Source of the DNA: a virus
Taxonomy: Duplodnaviria > Caudoviricetes
DNA length: 64,000 nucleotides
Reading direction: 5' to 3' (one strand)
IMG/VR virus record: IMGVR_UViG_3300013947_000034
Location: 21,019-85,018 of that record
Below the pieces are notes generated by a model. That model worked only from the letters and a program-made list of their open reading frames with translations, did no database searches and was not told the origin of the DNA. The position numbers and the translations under genes were made by a program. Positions within the stretch are counted from its first letter, which is position 1; each line of letters begins with the position of its first letter. Below are positions 40,311-50,399 of the stretch, one piece after another.

Positions 40311-40510
40311 TTACTATTAATTTAATTACCATTGTTAGCACTCTTTGTTTATAGTTTATTAATAGCATAAGCAAAAGTATTATTAATATAATGTATAAGT
40401 CTACTAATGTAAACATTTGTAGCACTAGTTATAGCACTAAGTCAATTAGTAGCATTATGTATCAAACCGATGCTCATAGGTGCTTTCGCTGACAACTCTG
40501 TGTCGGGAAC

Positions 40511-40600
40511 ATTCGATTTTTGCTACAATCCTTTTACAGGGCGGCTTTAAAATGCTTTCGTGAATAACTTATCACCAACTAATCGAAAGTGCCACAGAGA
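40511..40600. repeat. Composite element, intergenic copy (reverse) containing motif copy 13
   Basis: ATTCGATTTTTGCTA, GTGAATAACTTATCA (40560-40574), CCAACTAATCGAAAGTGCCACAG. Confidence 0.7.
40527..40546 (+). repeat. 20-bp motif copy 13 (intergenic, inside composite element)
   Basis: AATCCTTTTACAGGGCGGCT. Confidence 0.88.
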
Positions 40601-40634
40601 AGAATTTAAAATATTAAATTTGCTATCAATATAT

Positions 40635-40671
40635 AAAAGAAAAGGAGCAGCACTCTCACGAGCACCACTCC
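40635..40671 (-). terminator. Intrinsic terminator after portal
   Basis: GGAGUGGUGCUC-GUGA-GAGUGCUGCUCC followed by UUUUCUUUU. Confidence 0.85.
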
Positions 40672-40702
40672 CAACATGAAAAAAATTACATATAATTGTG
40701 TG

Positions 40703-43129
40703 TTATTTGTCGTATCTATTCTTATTTGTTCTTGCTATCTTTAATTGATTAGCCATTTCTTCTCTCTTAACCTGACGGTCGGCAGCTTTATTATAACTAT
40801 CCATAGCAAGTTTCTGACGTTCGAGTTGAATTTTAGCAGCTTCACTAGCACGTTTGCTTTCTTCTTGAATACGAGCTAACTGACTCTTAGCATATTCGTC
40901 ATTATCTGGATTTGTATCACCAAGCAAAGCAATATCACCTTTAGCATATTCAAGTTGTAAATCATACTGTGCTTTAAGCGCAAGAGTTTCACGGTCTTGT
41001 TCACCTTTTGCTGCAATCTCTTGAAGCTTCATTTGATTAGCTTGTTCTTGAATAGCTTGGTCCATTTGTTTCATTTGCTCTTCATGTTGTTGACGAATCT
41101 CAGTAAACTTACGAATACTATCAGATATAGCAGCAACATTATCACCTTGAATAGCAGCAAGAGCAGAATCTAAATCACCATTTTGTGCAGCACTAAATGC
41201 CCATTGTCTTAATTGTTGAAGCTTATCCATTTCTTTAGCATTGTTTCTAACTGTGGTTGAATAGTCAGAACCGACAAAGCTATTAACATCAAGACTAATA
41301 TAATGTTTCTTACCAGTTGTTTTATCTATGTAAGAAGTTTCAAGACCATCAATATAAGCAGACTTAGCAAAATCAATATCTCTATTGTAATCAGCGCAAC
41401 GCATAAGGTCAAACATTTGGAATACTAAAACAGAACCAGTACTTGATTGAGCAATAGCGTTTTGAGTAGTAGAAGCTCCAGCAGATTGAGCTATTTGACC
41501 ATAACGTTGAGCATTCATATCAACAAGTTCACGAGCTTCTTGTTTAATCATTTCTTTAAGATTACTAAGTTCAGTAATATACTGACCCATATTAGCATTA
41601 AGTAATCTAAAGTTTTGAGCTTTAGTTCCAGCTGGGTCTTCACTATCATCAAAAGGAAGAACACCGTCAGCTGCCATCTTATATATAGCATCTTCAGGGT
41701 TATCACTAACAAGAGACTTTGGAACAAGCAATATAAGCATCTTGTTTTTTGCTATTACCATTTCTTGATGATAAGAAACTATATTACGAAATACTTGGAA
41801 AGGAGTAATAATTTGAATAATACTAAACTTACCCATATAAGGAACAAGTTCCATAATACCATTGTAAGGAAGTTTACCTTTACGTTCATAAAGTATAGGT
41901 CTAGCTTTTACAGGATAAATACCATTAAAACGAGTGCCAATACGATAACCTTCATAAACTTGAGGTTTGTATTCCCATTCAATACTAATATCTCCAGCTT
42001 CTTTATTAAGTTGATAATCTTCTTCAACTATGGTTTGCTCTTGAAAACCGACTTCATTTATACGAGTAAGAATACCAACTTTAGCAAAACCTTTCCAAAC
42101 TACATGCCAAACTTCATAAAGAGTAGTATTATCTTCATAACTATTAAGTTTCTGAGACTTATAAAGTTTACGTTCTTCATCAGTAAACTTATCACAAACA
42201 TCAGCATATTTTTCAAATAATTGATTCCAACCAAGTTGAACAGTCTTTGCACTACTACCAGGAACACGATTATAAAGGTCATCAAGATAGGCTCTATCTT
42301 TATCTTCTAGATAATCATCAAAAGCATCAATAATTTGATTATAAGACATCATAATACGTCTAGCAAACATATCATGGTCTTCAACCATCATTTGATTATT
42401 TGGAATAGGAAAAGCTTCTGCAACTGGAACAGCTTCTTTAATAATCTTATCTCCACGAAGTTCAGTATAAGTATAACATTCCCCAAGAGCACAATAATTA
42501 AAGAAAGCAGTAAGATATATTTGAGCATCGTTAGTAAGGTCACGAATAAAGTTAAGTATATCTTGACCTTGCTTACTTTCTCTATCAATATAATTTTGAT
42601 TAAACTTATTCATAAACTCTTCTGGGTCAGGCATCACATCTTGAGGATTAATACTATCGACTGATTGTCCTTGTCCTTGAGCTTGTTGAACAGCTTCTTG
42701 ATACTTACGTTCAAACTCTTGTTGAAAAGCTTGCTGAGCAGCTTCCGTCACTTTCTCTTTAAGAGCAGCATTTCTATTAAATACAATATCAGGATTATTA
42801 GCTCCTACAACAAAGTCATGAATTCCTTTAAAATACTCTCCAATATACCTACGTACAATATCGGACATAATGTCATAATTACGAAGTACAGCAGGAAATC
42901 GTTTATAACGCTCTTTAGTAGCATTATAAGGATTGATAGTTTTTCTATAAAACTCATTAGGTAATTCACCATGAAGAACACGAAGCATTGTTTCAGTTTC
43001 AGTTCTATCATTTAAACTAAGTCCTAGACCAATAATATAATCAATACTATTGGCATACCAATAAGGTTTTGCTTTCTCAGAAGCAGACACCTTTTGTTTA
43101 GGAAATTGAAAACTTAAATTATTAAACAT
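40703..43129 (-). CDS. Portal protein
   Basis: 808 aa, FPKQK N-terminus, WHVVWKG and YEGYRIG motifs, Gln-rich coiled-coil tail; follows terminase. Confidence 0.85.
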   Translation of the reverse strand: MFNNLSFQFPKQKVSASEKAKPYWYANSIDYIIGLGLSLNDRTETETMLRVLHGELPNEFYRKTINPYNATKERYKRFPAVLRNYDIMSDIVRRYIGEYFKGIHDFVVGANNPDIVFNRNAALKEKVTEAAQQAFQQEFERKYQEAVQQAQGQGQSVDSINPQDVMPDPEEFMNKFNQNYIDRESKQGQDILNFIRDLTNDAQIYLTAFFNYCALGECYTYTELRGDKIIKEAVPVAEAFPIPNNQMMVEDHDMFARRIMMSYNQIIDAFDDYLEDKDRAYLDDLYNRVPGSSAKTVQLGWNQLFEKYADVCDKFTDEERKLYKSQKLNSYEDNTTLYEVWHVVWKGFAKVGILTRINEVGFQEQTIVEEDYQLNKEAGDISIEWEYKPQVYEGYRIGTRFNGIYPVKARPILYERKGKLPYNGIMELVPYMGKFSIIQIITPFQVFRNIVSYHQEMVIAKNKMLILLVPKSLVSDNPEDAIYKMAADGVLPFDDSEDPAGTKAQNFRLLNANMGQYITELSNLKEMIKQEARELVDMNAQRYGQIAQSAGASTTQNAIAQSSTGSVLVFQMFDLMRCADYNRDIDFAKSAYIDGLETSYIDKTTGKKHYISLDVNSFVGSDYSTTVRNNAKEMDKLQQLRQWAFSAAQNGDLDSALAAIQGDNVAAISDSIRKFTEIRQQHEEQMKQMDQAIQEQANQMKLQEIAAKGEQDRETLALKAQYDLQLEYAKGDIALLGDTNPDNDEYAKSQLARIQEESKRASEAAKIQLERQKLAMDSYNKAADRQVKREEMANQLKIARTNKNRYDK

Positions 43130-43175
43130 ACGTACATTTAAATTATATAGTTAACTAATAGTTGCAACAATTATT

Positions 43176-45479
43176 TCAAAACCATTCTCTCTCCCATATA
43201 GAGTCTTTATAATTTGTTTCAGTTGCTTTCTTTCTATGAACAAGTTCTTTAGCTGCTTGAACATCTTGAACTCTCCATTGAAGAGCACGTATAATCATTT
43301 CAGATACACGGTCAAAGTTTCCTTTAACGTTCCATTTAAGAAGTTCAAGTATAGCTTGATGGTCATAAATAGTTTGAAACAAATAAATGTCTTCACCTTT
43401 ATAATTTTGACCGACTTTGCTATAAAGCATTTCTTTTAAAAGACGAAGACCTTCAAGAACTTTAGTACCGCCTTGACCGTTGCCACCTCCCATGTTTACA
43501 CCATAAGAAGCAGACAGTTTTGCTTTAATAGAACTATCCCAAAGTTCAACTGGGTCTTTCATCAAATATTTCAACGCTTTCCATTTAGTAAAGTTACTAA
43601 CAGTTTCACCTCGGTTTACCTCAACTCCTGTAGTACCAATACAATTATAATAACGAGCCATATAATAACATATACGGTCGGCATCTTCAAGTTTCTCAGG
43701 ACGACCATAATAAGCACAAACGCATTTAGTCTTAAAATTATTATATTGCGTAGGATTTTCCCAAACTCTAATACTATTATGAGAATGTTTATTTGTTATA
43801 CCTTCGTTTTCTTTATCAACACCAACAGGGTCATAACTAATACTATATTGACCAGGAGGAATACCAACAACTTGATGACCTTCTTTATCAGTATAAGCTA
43901 CATGAATAGGTTCAAACCATTTACGAACACAACCATGATGATGTTCATGAGCTTTACGTGGAACTCCTTCTATCCAATCATAAAAATCAACATTAAATTT
44001 ACCACCTTCTGCTTTAATACGAGCATTAGTCTTAAAAATAATCTTATGATTAATATCTTCAAAGAACATACCATCATCACTTATATCAGTATAAGCAGGG
44101 TCATTTTTAAGTATCTCTTCCCAGTTCATTAAAGCTTCAGAACTAAATAAGTTCTCACTAGTAGAACTAAATGATTCACTAGGCATATTAGCATATTGCC
44201 CGAGATAATTAATATAATCACTAAAAGATTTACTACTCTCTTTCTTAGCAACACGTTCACGATAAGCAATTCTAAGACCATTAATTATGTCAGAATTACC
44301 ATCTTTATCCATAGCAAAGTCATTACCTATTTGTCCCTGAAGACCCCAACAATAAGGTTTGAAATAACCACATATTTCATTACGAGAATCTTTATCCCAA
44401 ACATTCTCAAAAGGCATAAAATGAAATTTCTTTGGATTATAGAAGTTCATCTCGAATACTTGCATATTACCACTAGTAGCAGTACCCCAAGCAAAAAGAT
44501 TACCGGTAACATAACTACCAGTACGCATTGCAGGTTCGGTAACATTCATGTATTCATCAAAGTTTTCCATAGTAGAAACCTCCTCAGTCTTAACACTAAC
44601 AGCATCCTTACCAATAGCACAATCGGGATTGTTATTAGCAGAAGCACTAAATAAAGCACTATTCCAAGACTTAGGACTAACATCACCGTTAGGTAGTTTA
44701 AAACCTAAAGTAAAGTTCTCAGCAGCTCTAGAAAGAATACCACGTTTAAAGAATGTATTATTCTCATAAAAATAAAGATTACGAATAGTAAAGTCAGTAA
44801 GACCTCCACGCTTAGTAAGATATTTACTATCCGCTGCAACATGAATACAAACTTTATTAGGTTCGAGATTAATCTTATTGGCACTATGACTAGCCATAAT
44901 ATAAGAGAAACCACCACGGCGAGTTTTATCTATAAGAAGATGAAAACCATTAAGTTCACAAAACTCAATAATAGCAAACGTCCAAAATTGAGCATCAATA
45001 AACTTTGGAAAGTCTTGTTTCTTCTTAGCAACAGAACCTTTATCAGTATGAATAATACTCTTTTCATCAAGCTGTTCAATAACTATATAATTTAAATAGT
45101 TATACATAGCTCCACTAATATGAAGATTACGAACTTTGCCATCTCTCATAAAACAAGGAGCTTCGTAACCATTAGTTCTTCTATATTCTTCACGTTTACG
45201 AAGTTGTCTATGAGGAATAGAATCTTCTTTATAAAGAGTATATTTACCACCGTTTATATGATAAAGATTAGCCATTTCCTGAAACAGATTTGTATCTACA
45301 AATCTATCACCTTTACGTATATCAAGAAGAAAGCCACCGCTTTCTCCAATCATAAACAAATCATTAGGGTCTTTATAACCTGCATCTTTGGCACGTTGAT
45401 AACAACTCTTTGGTTCATTTATGTATTGTAAGAATGGGTAGCTTTCAATATACTTTTCAACAGAACTTATATCACTCAT
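43176..45479 (-). CDS. terL: Terminase large subunit
   Basis: KTRRGGFS Walker A-like, KTEEV Walker B, GTATSG, nuclease SYDP and FDRVS; ATGA overlap with upstream gene. Confidence 0.9.
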   Translation of the reverse strand: MSDISSVEKYIESYPFLQYINEPKSCYQRAKDAGYKDPNDLFMIGESGGFLLDIRKGDRFVDTNLFQEMANLYHINGGKYTLYKEDSIPHRQLRKREEYRRTNGYEAPCFMRDGKVRNLHISGAMYNYLNYIVIEQLDEKSIIHTDKGSVAKKKQDFPKFIDAQFWTFAIIEFCELNGFHLLIDKTRRGGFSYIMASHSANKINLEPNKVCIHVAADSKYLTKRGGLTDFTIRNLYFYENNTFFKRGILSRAAENFTLGFKLPNGDVSPKSWNSALFSASANNNPDCAIGKDAVSVKTEEVSTMENFDEYMNVTEPAMRTGSYVTGNLFAWGTATSGNMQVFEMNFYNPKKFHFMPFENVWDKDSRNEICGYFKPYCWGLQGQIGNDFAMDKDGNSDIINGLRIAYRERVAKKESSKSFSDYINYLGQYANMPSESFSSTSENLFSSEALMNWEEILKNDPAYTDISDDGMFFEDINHKIIFKTNARIKAEGGKFNVDFYDWIEGVPRKAHEHHHGCVRKWFEPIHVAYTDKEGHQVVGIPPGQYSISYDPVGVDKENEGITNKHSHNSIRVWENPTQYNNFKTKCVCAYYGRPEKLEDADRICYYMARYYNCIGTTGVEVNRGETVSNFTKWKALKYLMKDPVELWDSSIKAKLSASYGVNMGGGNGQGGTKVLEGLRLLKEMLYSKVGQNYKGEDIYLFQTIYDHQAILELLKWNVKGNFDRVSEMIIRALQWRVQDVQAAKELVHRKKATETNYKDSIWEREWF

Positions 45480-45829
45480 TTCAATAAACTTAAAATCAAT
45501 AATACAATAGCGGCAGCAGCACCACCTATAGTGACATTACGTTGTGTCTTTACTTTCTTACTCTGCCTACGAAGTAAAACACATTCTTGTCTAGTTTGTT
45601 CAATAAGAACACTATCATTCTTGACAATTTGTCTAAGCTTACTATTAATATTTTTCTCATAACTTAATTGAATTAATTTTGAATTAGCTTTACGAAGGTC
45701 AGCAACAGCAACAGTTACACTATCAGGAGAGCCGCCCTGTAAAAGGTATAGATTCTTACTTGATGAGTTGATAGAACAACTTAACAGTACTATCATTATC
45801 AAGTGCTTCAACTTCAATAACTTTCGCAT
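45476..45829 (-). CDS. Spanin-like lipoprotein with additional C-terminal TM helix
   Basis: MRKLLKLKHLIMIVLLSC lipoprotein-type signal; C-terminal VTIGGAAAAIVLLILSLLK; overlaps upstream gene by 74 nt. Confidence 0.5.
   Translation of the reverse strand: MRKLLKLKHLIMIVLLSCSINSSSKNLYLLQGGSPDSVTVAVADLRKANSKLIQLSYEKNINSKLRQIVKNDSVLIEQTRQECVLLRRQSKKVKTQRNVTIGGAAAAIVLLILSLLK
45730..45749 (-). repeat. 20-bp motif copy 14 (perfect, in CDS, YLLQGGS)
   Basis: AGCCGCCCTGTAAAAGGTAT on + strand. Confidence 0.9.
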
Positions 45830-46019
45830 CTTTAGCACTATCTAAATTATTAACTTGAATTTTTAAACTATCATTATGTTTAGCAACATCAGTATTGTCT
45901 ATAATATTGTTATTCTTTTTATGATGGTAATCACCTATAGCTATACCAAGACAAAGAACAACAACTAAAGTTAGAATAACACCACAACCTTTATTGGTTT
46001 CATTAACAAAACTATCCAT
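45756..46019 (-). CDS. Inner-membrane spanin-like protein
   Basis: N-terminal TM (VILTLVVVLCLGIAI) then coiled coil; follows endolysin. Confidence 0.5.
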   Translation of the reverse strand: MDSFVNETNKGCGVILTLVVVLCLGIAIGDYHHKKNNNIIDNTDVAKHNDSLKIQVNNLDSAKDAKVIEVEALDNDSTVKLFYQLIK

Positions 46020-46627
46020 TACAAATCCTCCTCATTAATCAATGTATAAGTAAATAGTTTACCATAACCTTGACTAATTTGTCTATGAGCGAGTTTCATA
46101 AGTTCATCAAAGTCTTCTTTGTTAGCAAGAACTTGACAACCAGCAGACCAATTATCTACACGAGTAGAATGAGTTCCAGCTTTATGAATATTAATTCCAA
46201 AAGTACCTTCTTCAATAGTCTTTGAATTAAAATCATAAACAGTATCTTTATTGTTATCTCTATATACCTTTACAGGTTTATATTGAACAATAGCTTCATA
46301 TTTACCTTGATGATAGCCAAGTTTCCAAGCTCCTTTATATTGACCAGGAACAAGAATAGCACAACCTTTATAACTAACTGGTTTAGTCATAGTAGTAATA
46401 CCAGGGTCAGTAGTTGCAGCATAAATTTTACGAGTTCTAATATCATAAACATCGTTATATTCTACAACTATAACATCATCAAACTTATTAGTAACAGAAT
46501 TACCAGCAGCTCTAATACCAATAATATTGAGATTATACTTACCTTTAGTAAAATATACATATCCCTTATTAACGAGAATTTTACTAAAGTTTGCTTTAGC
46601 TGCTTTATTATATAACTTTTCATTCAT
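46019..46627 (-). CDS. Endolysin candidate, L,D-transpeptidase (YkuD-like) fold
   Basis: GINIHKAG-x8-WSAGCQV His/Cys motif; adjacent to spanin-like genes. Confidence 0.7.
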   Translation of the reverse strand: MNEKLYNKAAKANFSKILVNKGYVYFTKGKYNLNIIGIRAAGNSVTNKFDDVIVVEYNDVYDIRTRKIYAATTDPGITTMTKPVSYKGCAILVPGQYKGAWKLGYHQGKYEAIVQYKPVKVYRDNNKDTVYDFNSKTIEEGTFGINIHKAGTHSTRVDNWSAGCQVLANKEDFDELMKLAHRQISQGYGKLFTYTLINEEDL

Positions 46628-46686
46628 AACTTTATTATTTTAAAATACCAAGTAAATAAAAATCTCCACTTTCAGAAAGACCTTTA

Positions 46687-46694
46687 CAAACATA
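46687..46694 (-). promoter_or_regulatory. Bacteroidetes-type -7 promoter element for lysis-packaging operon
   Basis: TATGTTTG upstream of endolysin. Confidence 0.55.
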
Positions 46695-46753
46695 TTTATT
46701 TCCTCCTGCTTCTACTATATGTAGAACTCTAGGATTAATTCTTCTTCGTCTTG

Positions 46754-47749
46754 TCATAAGTCAAATTGTAATTCAGTTTGTTTATTCAATAAACCTTTAT
46801 TTCCAAGATAAATCTTTCTATCTCTAAACATAGCATCTATTTCATTACGAATATAATTAATCTTATACCAAGTAACAACTTCTTTACCTTCAGTATCAAT
46901 CTTATACATACCATGAATATCACGATAAGGCATACTATATTTATTCTTAACAAAAGGAGTTTGTATATGACAAAGACCAAGACCAACACAAGGAATACCA
47001 AGTATCATTTCAGTCATTCTAGCATAAGTAGATAATTGCATAGTATAATGATTGCCATTGCAATTCTCTAGATGAGCAAAAGGAGGAAGCATATATTCAT
47101 GAGTATCAATCCACTCAGACGTAAGTTGAACAGGTTTCATAGTTTTGTCTTTCTTATAGAAACCACTACTAAAATGAAGACCGTCTTTATTAGTTTTCCA
47201 ATCAAGAATTACAAACTTTTCAGGACGAACACAAAGAACATCAATAGTACCACTAAGAAGAAGCTCTGGAACAAATACTCCAATTTCAGAATAAATAGTA
47301 TATCCTTTATCAACATAATATTGAAATACACTATATATCTCAGGATATTTATTATCAGTAGCAATTTTAAACTGTTCTATATCTAGAGGATGAGCTAAAA
47401 GATTTGGAATATCAGCAACAGTAATACATCTACCGCTTTTAACTTGATTAAGATATTGAATAGCATCTTTAAACATACTACTACCTTTAATTCCATCCTC
47501 AAGTCCATTATGTGTTTTAGTACCACGTTCACAAGCTTCTTTAGTAATTCTTTCCCATTCCATTTCAAGCTTACGTTCACTAATACCACGTTCTTTAGCT
47601 TTCTTTCTTAACCAATACTTCTTATCAAACTTTGGACAATAATTCTCAATATTAGTTGTAACACTAAGATATTCATTGCCGTTAGTATCAGTGTACTTAT
47701 GATGAGCTTCTTCAAAATAAAGGAACGTATTATTATAAAGATTATTCAT
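46754..47749 (-). CDS. PD-(D/E)XK nuclease
   Basis: SEIGV...GTIDVL...LDWKT and MQLSTY motifs. Confidence 0.8.
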   Translation of the reverse strand: MNNLYNNTFLYFEEAHHKYTDTNGNEYLSVTTNIENYCPKFDKKYWLRKKAKERGISERKLEMEWERITKEACERGTKTHNGLEDGIKGSSMFKDAIQYLNQVKSGRCITVADIPNLLAHPLDIEQFKIATDNKYPEIYSVFQYYVDKGYTIYSEIGVFVPELLLSGTIDVLCVRPEKFVILDWKTNKDGLHFSSGFYKKDKTMKPVQLTSEWIDTHEYMLPPFAHLENCNGNHYTMQLSTYARMTEMILGIPCVGLGLCHIQTPFVKNKYSMPYRDIHGMYKIDTEGKEVVTWYKINYIRNEIDAMFRDRKIYLGNKGLLNKQTELQFDL

Positions 47750-47771
47750 ATCTATAGTATTTACAAGTTAA

Positions 47772-48512
47772 TTATTTATATCTCCAAATGTAACCTCCTG
47801 CTAATTTAGCACAACCTTTTATACAATTATGTATACAAGTTTTACCTACACCAATAGCATTTGCAGCAACACGTAAATTAGGAAACTCATCTATTGTTTC
47901 AAAAGTTGTTGGATTTATTTGTAAAACTATTCTAGGCTTGTTAGAATAGTTATGATTATGATTATTGTTTTTATATTCCCAACAATACCCTCCAGCAGTA
48001 ACATATATTTTACTCAAAGCTTTAAAAATGCTACTTGAAGTAATTCCAGTATGTTTAGCTGCATCTCTTCCGCTTTTAAAAGTATTAATTACTTTACCAG
48101 TAGTAGCATCAATCATTAAAACAGCATTCTCTTTTTCTTTATATTGACTATTTTCTCTAGGTGTAACCCATTCAAGATTATCGACACAATTGTTAAGAGT
48201 ATTGTTGTCTTTATGATTAACTTCTATTTTACTAGAATCGTTGTTAGGTATAAACATTTGAGCAACAATTCTATGAATAAATACCATCTTTCCTAAGATA
48301 TGTACTCTTTCATAGTTATTTGTGATTTGAGTACTCATAACTCTAATGCCATTCCAATTAGAAGATATTAATTTACCCTTATTTGTAATCCAATAAATAG
48401 ACCTAGCTCCTCTAGCATATTCTTTATATTCTTCATCTTTATCTAAAAGCTTAGAAGGATTGTCTTCTATTTTATTTTTATGATGAAATTTTAAATCTAA
48501 ACTTATTTCCAT
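47772..48512 (-). mobile_element. Free-standing HNH homing endonuclease with two NUMOD1-type DNA-binding repeats
   Basis: IHRIVAQMF...VNHKDNNTLNNCVDNLEWVT HNH motif; two repeats ending AGGYCWEY and AGGYIWRY. Confidence 0.85.
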
Positions 48513-48514
48513 AA

Positions 48515-49135
48515 TTACATATATTGACTTGAATCCATAGAACTTGATACAGCATTACCTCCTCTAGCAACTTCAGCTTCTTTTTCATACATAAGATTTT
48601 CTTTAGCTTCATCAAGAGCTTTAAGTATCTTAGGCATTTCTTTAGCTTTATCTGCAACTTTATCTGTTAGATTCATAATAATGTCTGCATTTTCAAGAGT
48701 TAAATTAGCTTTATCTCTAAGCTTTTCATTAAGAATAGTATTAATTGCATCAAGAGAAAGATTTACGTTATGAAGAGTTTTAAGAAGATTCTCAACAACT
48801 CTACCAGCTTCACCAATTTGTTGAGCATAATATCTTCTAATTATTTTAAGCATTAAAGCTGTAGGATGATAACTAACAGGAAGACCTGCTTGTTCAATAG
48901 CCATCTTTAATGCTTCAGCATCACTAAGACCTTGTTGTTTAGCAGGAGATTTAGGGTCGCCTAAATAATATATAACAATACATTGTTTAATATATTCTGC
49001 TTTATTGTCAGTCTTATCTTGTTCATAAAGAGTTCTAACATCTTTATCCATAAGTTGACGAATTGATGGAGCTTTAGGAATACCATTATCGTCAATAACA
49101 AGCATGTTGTCTATAATCAATTCATCTCTTCGCAT
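48515..49135 (-). CDS. Conserved helical protein, possible terminase small subunit
   Basis: 206 aa helical, upstream of packaging genes; function from position only. Confidence 0.35.
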   Translation of the reverse strand: MRRDELIIDNMLVIDDNGIPKAPSIRQLMDKDVRTLYEQDKTDNKAEYIKQCIVIYYLGDPKSPAKQQGLSDAEALKMAIEQAGLPVSYHPTALMLKIIRRYYAQQIGEAGRVVENLLKTLHNVNLSLDAINTILNEKLRDKANLTLENADIIMNLTDKVADKAKEMPKILKALDEAKENLMYEKEAEVARGGNAVSSSMDSSQYM

Positions 49136-49623
49136 GGTGGACTATATGTTAAATGTAAAACACCATGAAACATCATATCAGTTCTTGCAGCACCAATCTC
49201 ATCAACTAGATTCCAATAACTTCTACGATTATTTCTTTTATTAGCAATCATACTCGTTTCATACTTATAAAGCCTATTGTAATTATCTTTACAAACTTCT
49301 TCACGAATAAGCTCTTTACGAAACATAATATAATTATCTTTATCCATAGTGAGTTTAGCAGCTTGAATCTCATTACTATGAAGAGTTAGAGCAAGAGAAC
49401 CAGCACGTTGTTTAATGCGTCCTATAAAAGGGATACCTGCTGCTACACCAGCTGCAACATAACCTCCTAAATTAATTTCAAGTTGGGTTATAAGTTCATA
49501 AGCAACATCCTTATCTATTACGTTATCGTCAATAGTTTTAAGAACATCTTTCTTATTGACTAAAGTAACATTTTCAGGATGTACACCCCAAGGAAACTTA
49601 CGAACTTCAAGTTCATCACTCAT
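49117..49623 (-). CDS. Hypothetical protein, possible HU/IHF-like fold
   Basis: VAYELITQLEINLGGYVAAGVAAGIPFIGRI resembles the HU helix-G-x2-IP-x-G pattern. Confidence 0.35.
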   Translation of the reverse strand: MSDELEVRKFPWGVHPENVTLVNKKDVLKTIDDNVIDKDVAYELITQLEINLGGYVAAGVAAGIPFIGRIKQRAGSLALTLHSNEIQAAKLTMDKDNYIMFRKELIREEVCKDNYNRLYKYETSMIANKRNNRRSYWNLVDEIGAARTDMMFHGVLHLTYSPPCEEMN

Positions 49624-49690
49624 ATCATTATAAGTTATAATAGTTACTTAATAAGCTTCGGGAGCATTCGCTCCCTCAGCAGTTTACTCT

Positions 49691-49710
49691 AGACCCCCGG
49701 TAAGAGGTAT
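49691..49710 (-). repeat. 20-bp motif copy 15 (intergenic)
   Basis: ATACCTCTTACCGGGGGTCT. Confidence 0.75.
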
Positions 49711-49725
49711 AGTCGTATCTAACTT

Positions 49726-50262
49726 TTAATTATCCACAGACCCATTAGTATTAGCAGGAGTTAAATAAACAGGAGCTTCTTTCTGACTATTACCAATAGT
49801 TCCATGAATATAAGCAGCAGCTACAATCTTAAAATCTACAAAGTAAGTAGGAGACATTACTCCAATAAGTTTCTTATTCAAATCAGGATTGCTATCAAGA
49901 AGTTGAACCAAACGATGAGGAGTAAGGTCATTAGCAGGAACACCTACAGTATGACCGAGAGCAATATCAGAAGGAGCAATAACAATGCCTTCACCTGATT
50001 GAATAGAAGAATAAAACTCATCGTCACTATTAACTTTAATCATCATAGCAACACCTGCCACACTAGCATTCTTATTCTGTCTAACAGTACTTACAATTTC
50101 AATTGGACGAACTTTATAAGCAACAGCAATAAGAGCATAATTCGGGGCAACAGATACATGACGAGTAATCTTCTGAAGATAATCTACTGATACTTCATTA
50201 ATTGTAGTAGGTAAAGTAAGATTATACTCACCACCACGATAATTAACTTTTAAATTAACCAT
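49726..50262 (-). CDS. First gene of late operon, hypothetical (possible GroES-like beta barrel)
   Basis: 178 aa; downstream of promoter at 50400. Confidence 0.55.
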   Translation of the reverse strand: MVNLKVNYRGGEYNLTLPTTINEVSVDYLQKITRHVSVAPNYALIAVAYKVRPIEIVSTVRQNKNASVAGVAMMIKVNSDDEFYSSIQSGEGIVIAPSDIALGHTVGVPANDLTPHRLVQLLDSNPDLNKKLIGVMSPTYFVDFKIVAAAYIHGTIGNSQKEAPVYLTPANTNGSVDN

Positions 50263-50399
50263 AACTTTAATATTTAAATTAATAACTAGAATATACTTAT
50301 CTTTAGTAAGTTATTTAATATTTTATTTTAATAGCTCTGGAGATAATGCTCAAGCTACTACTGAAGATAATGCTCAAGATATTGCTCCAAAACCTGCTG

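Noticed and set aside
40349-40477. 43-codon minus-strand ORF interrupted by one TGA
   Set aside because: Short, low complexity, no supporting recoding elsewhere; more likely leader sequence
37375-45479. Introns or inteins in MCP, portal, terminase (and visible PolB)
   Set aside because: Reading frames are continuous, sizes are ordinary and no intein splice motifs or embedded endonucleases were seen
227-48147. Many plus-strand Ile/Ser/Thr/Phe-rich ORFs of 60-260 aa over the late region
   Set aside because: Antisense shadows of long minus-strand genes; composition is what the reverse complement of biased codons gives
49418-49435. Degenerate motif-like GCGTCCTATAAAAGGGAT, also TACCTTCTACC at 5404
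   Set aside because: Only 14/18 and 11-nt matches in coding sequence; not counted without a statistical scan
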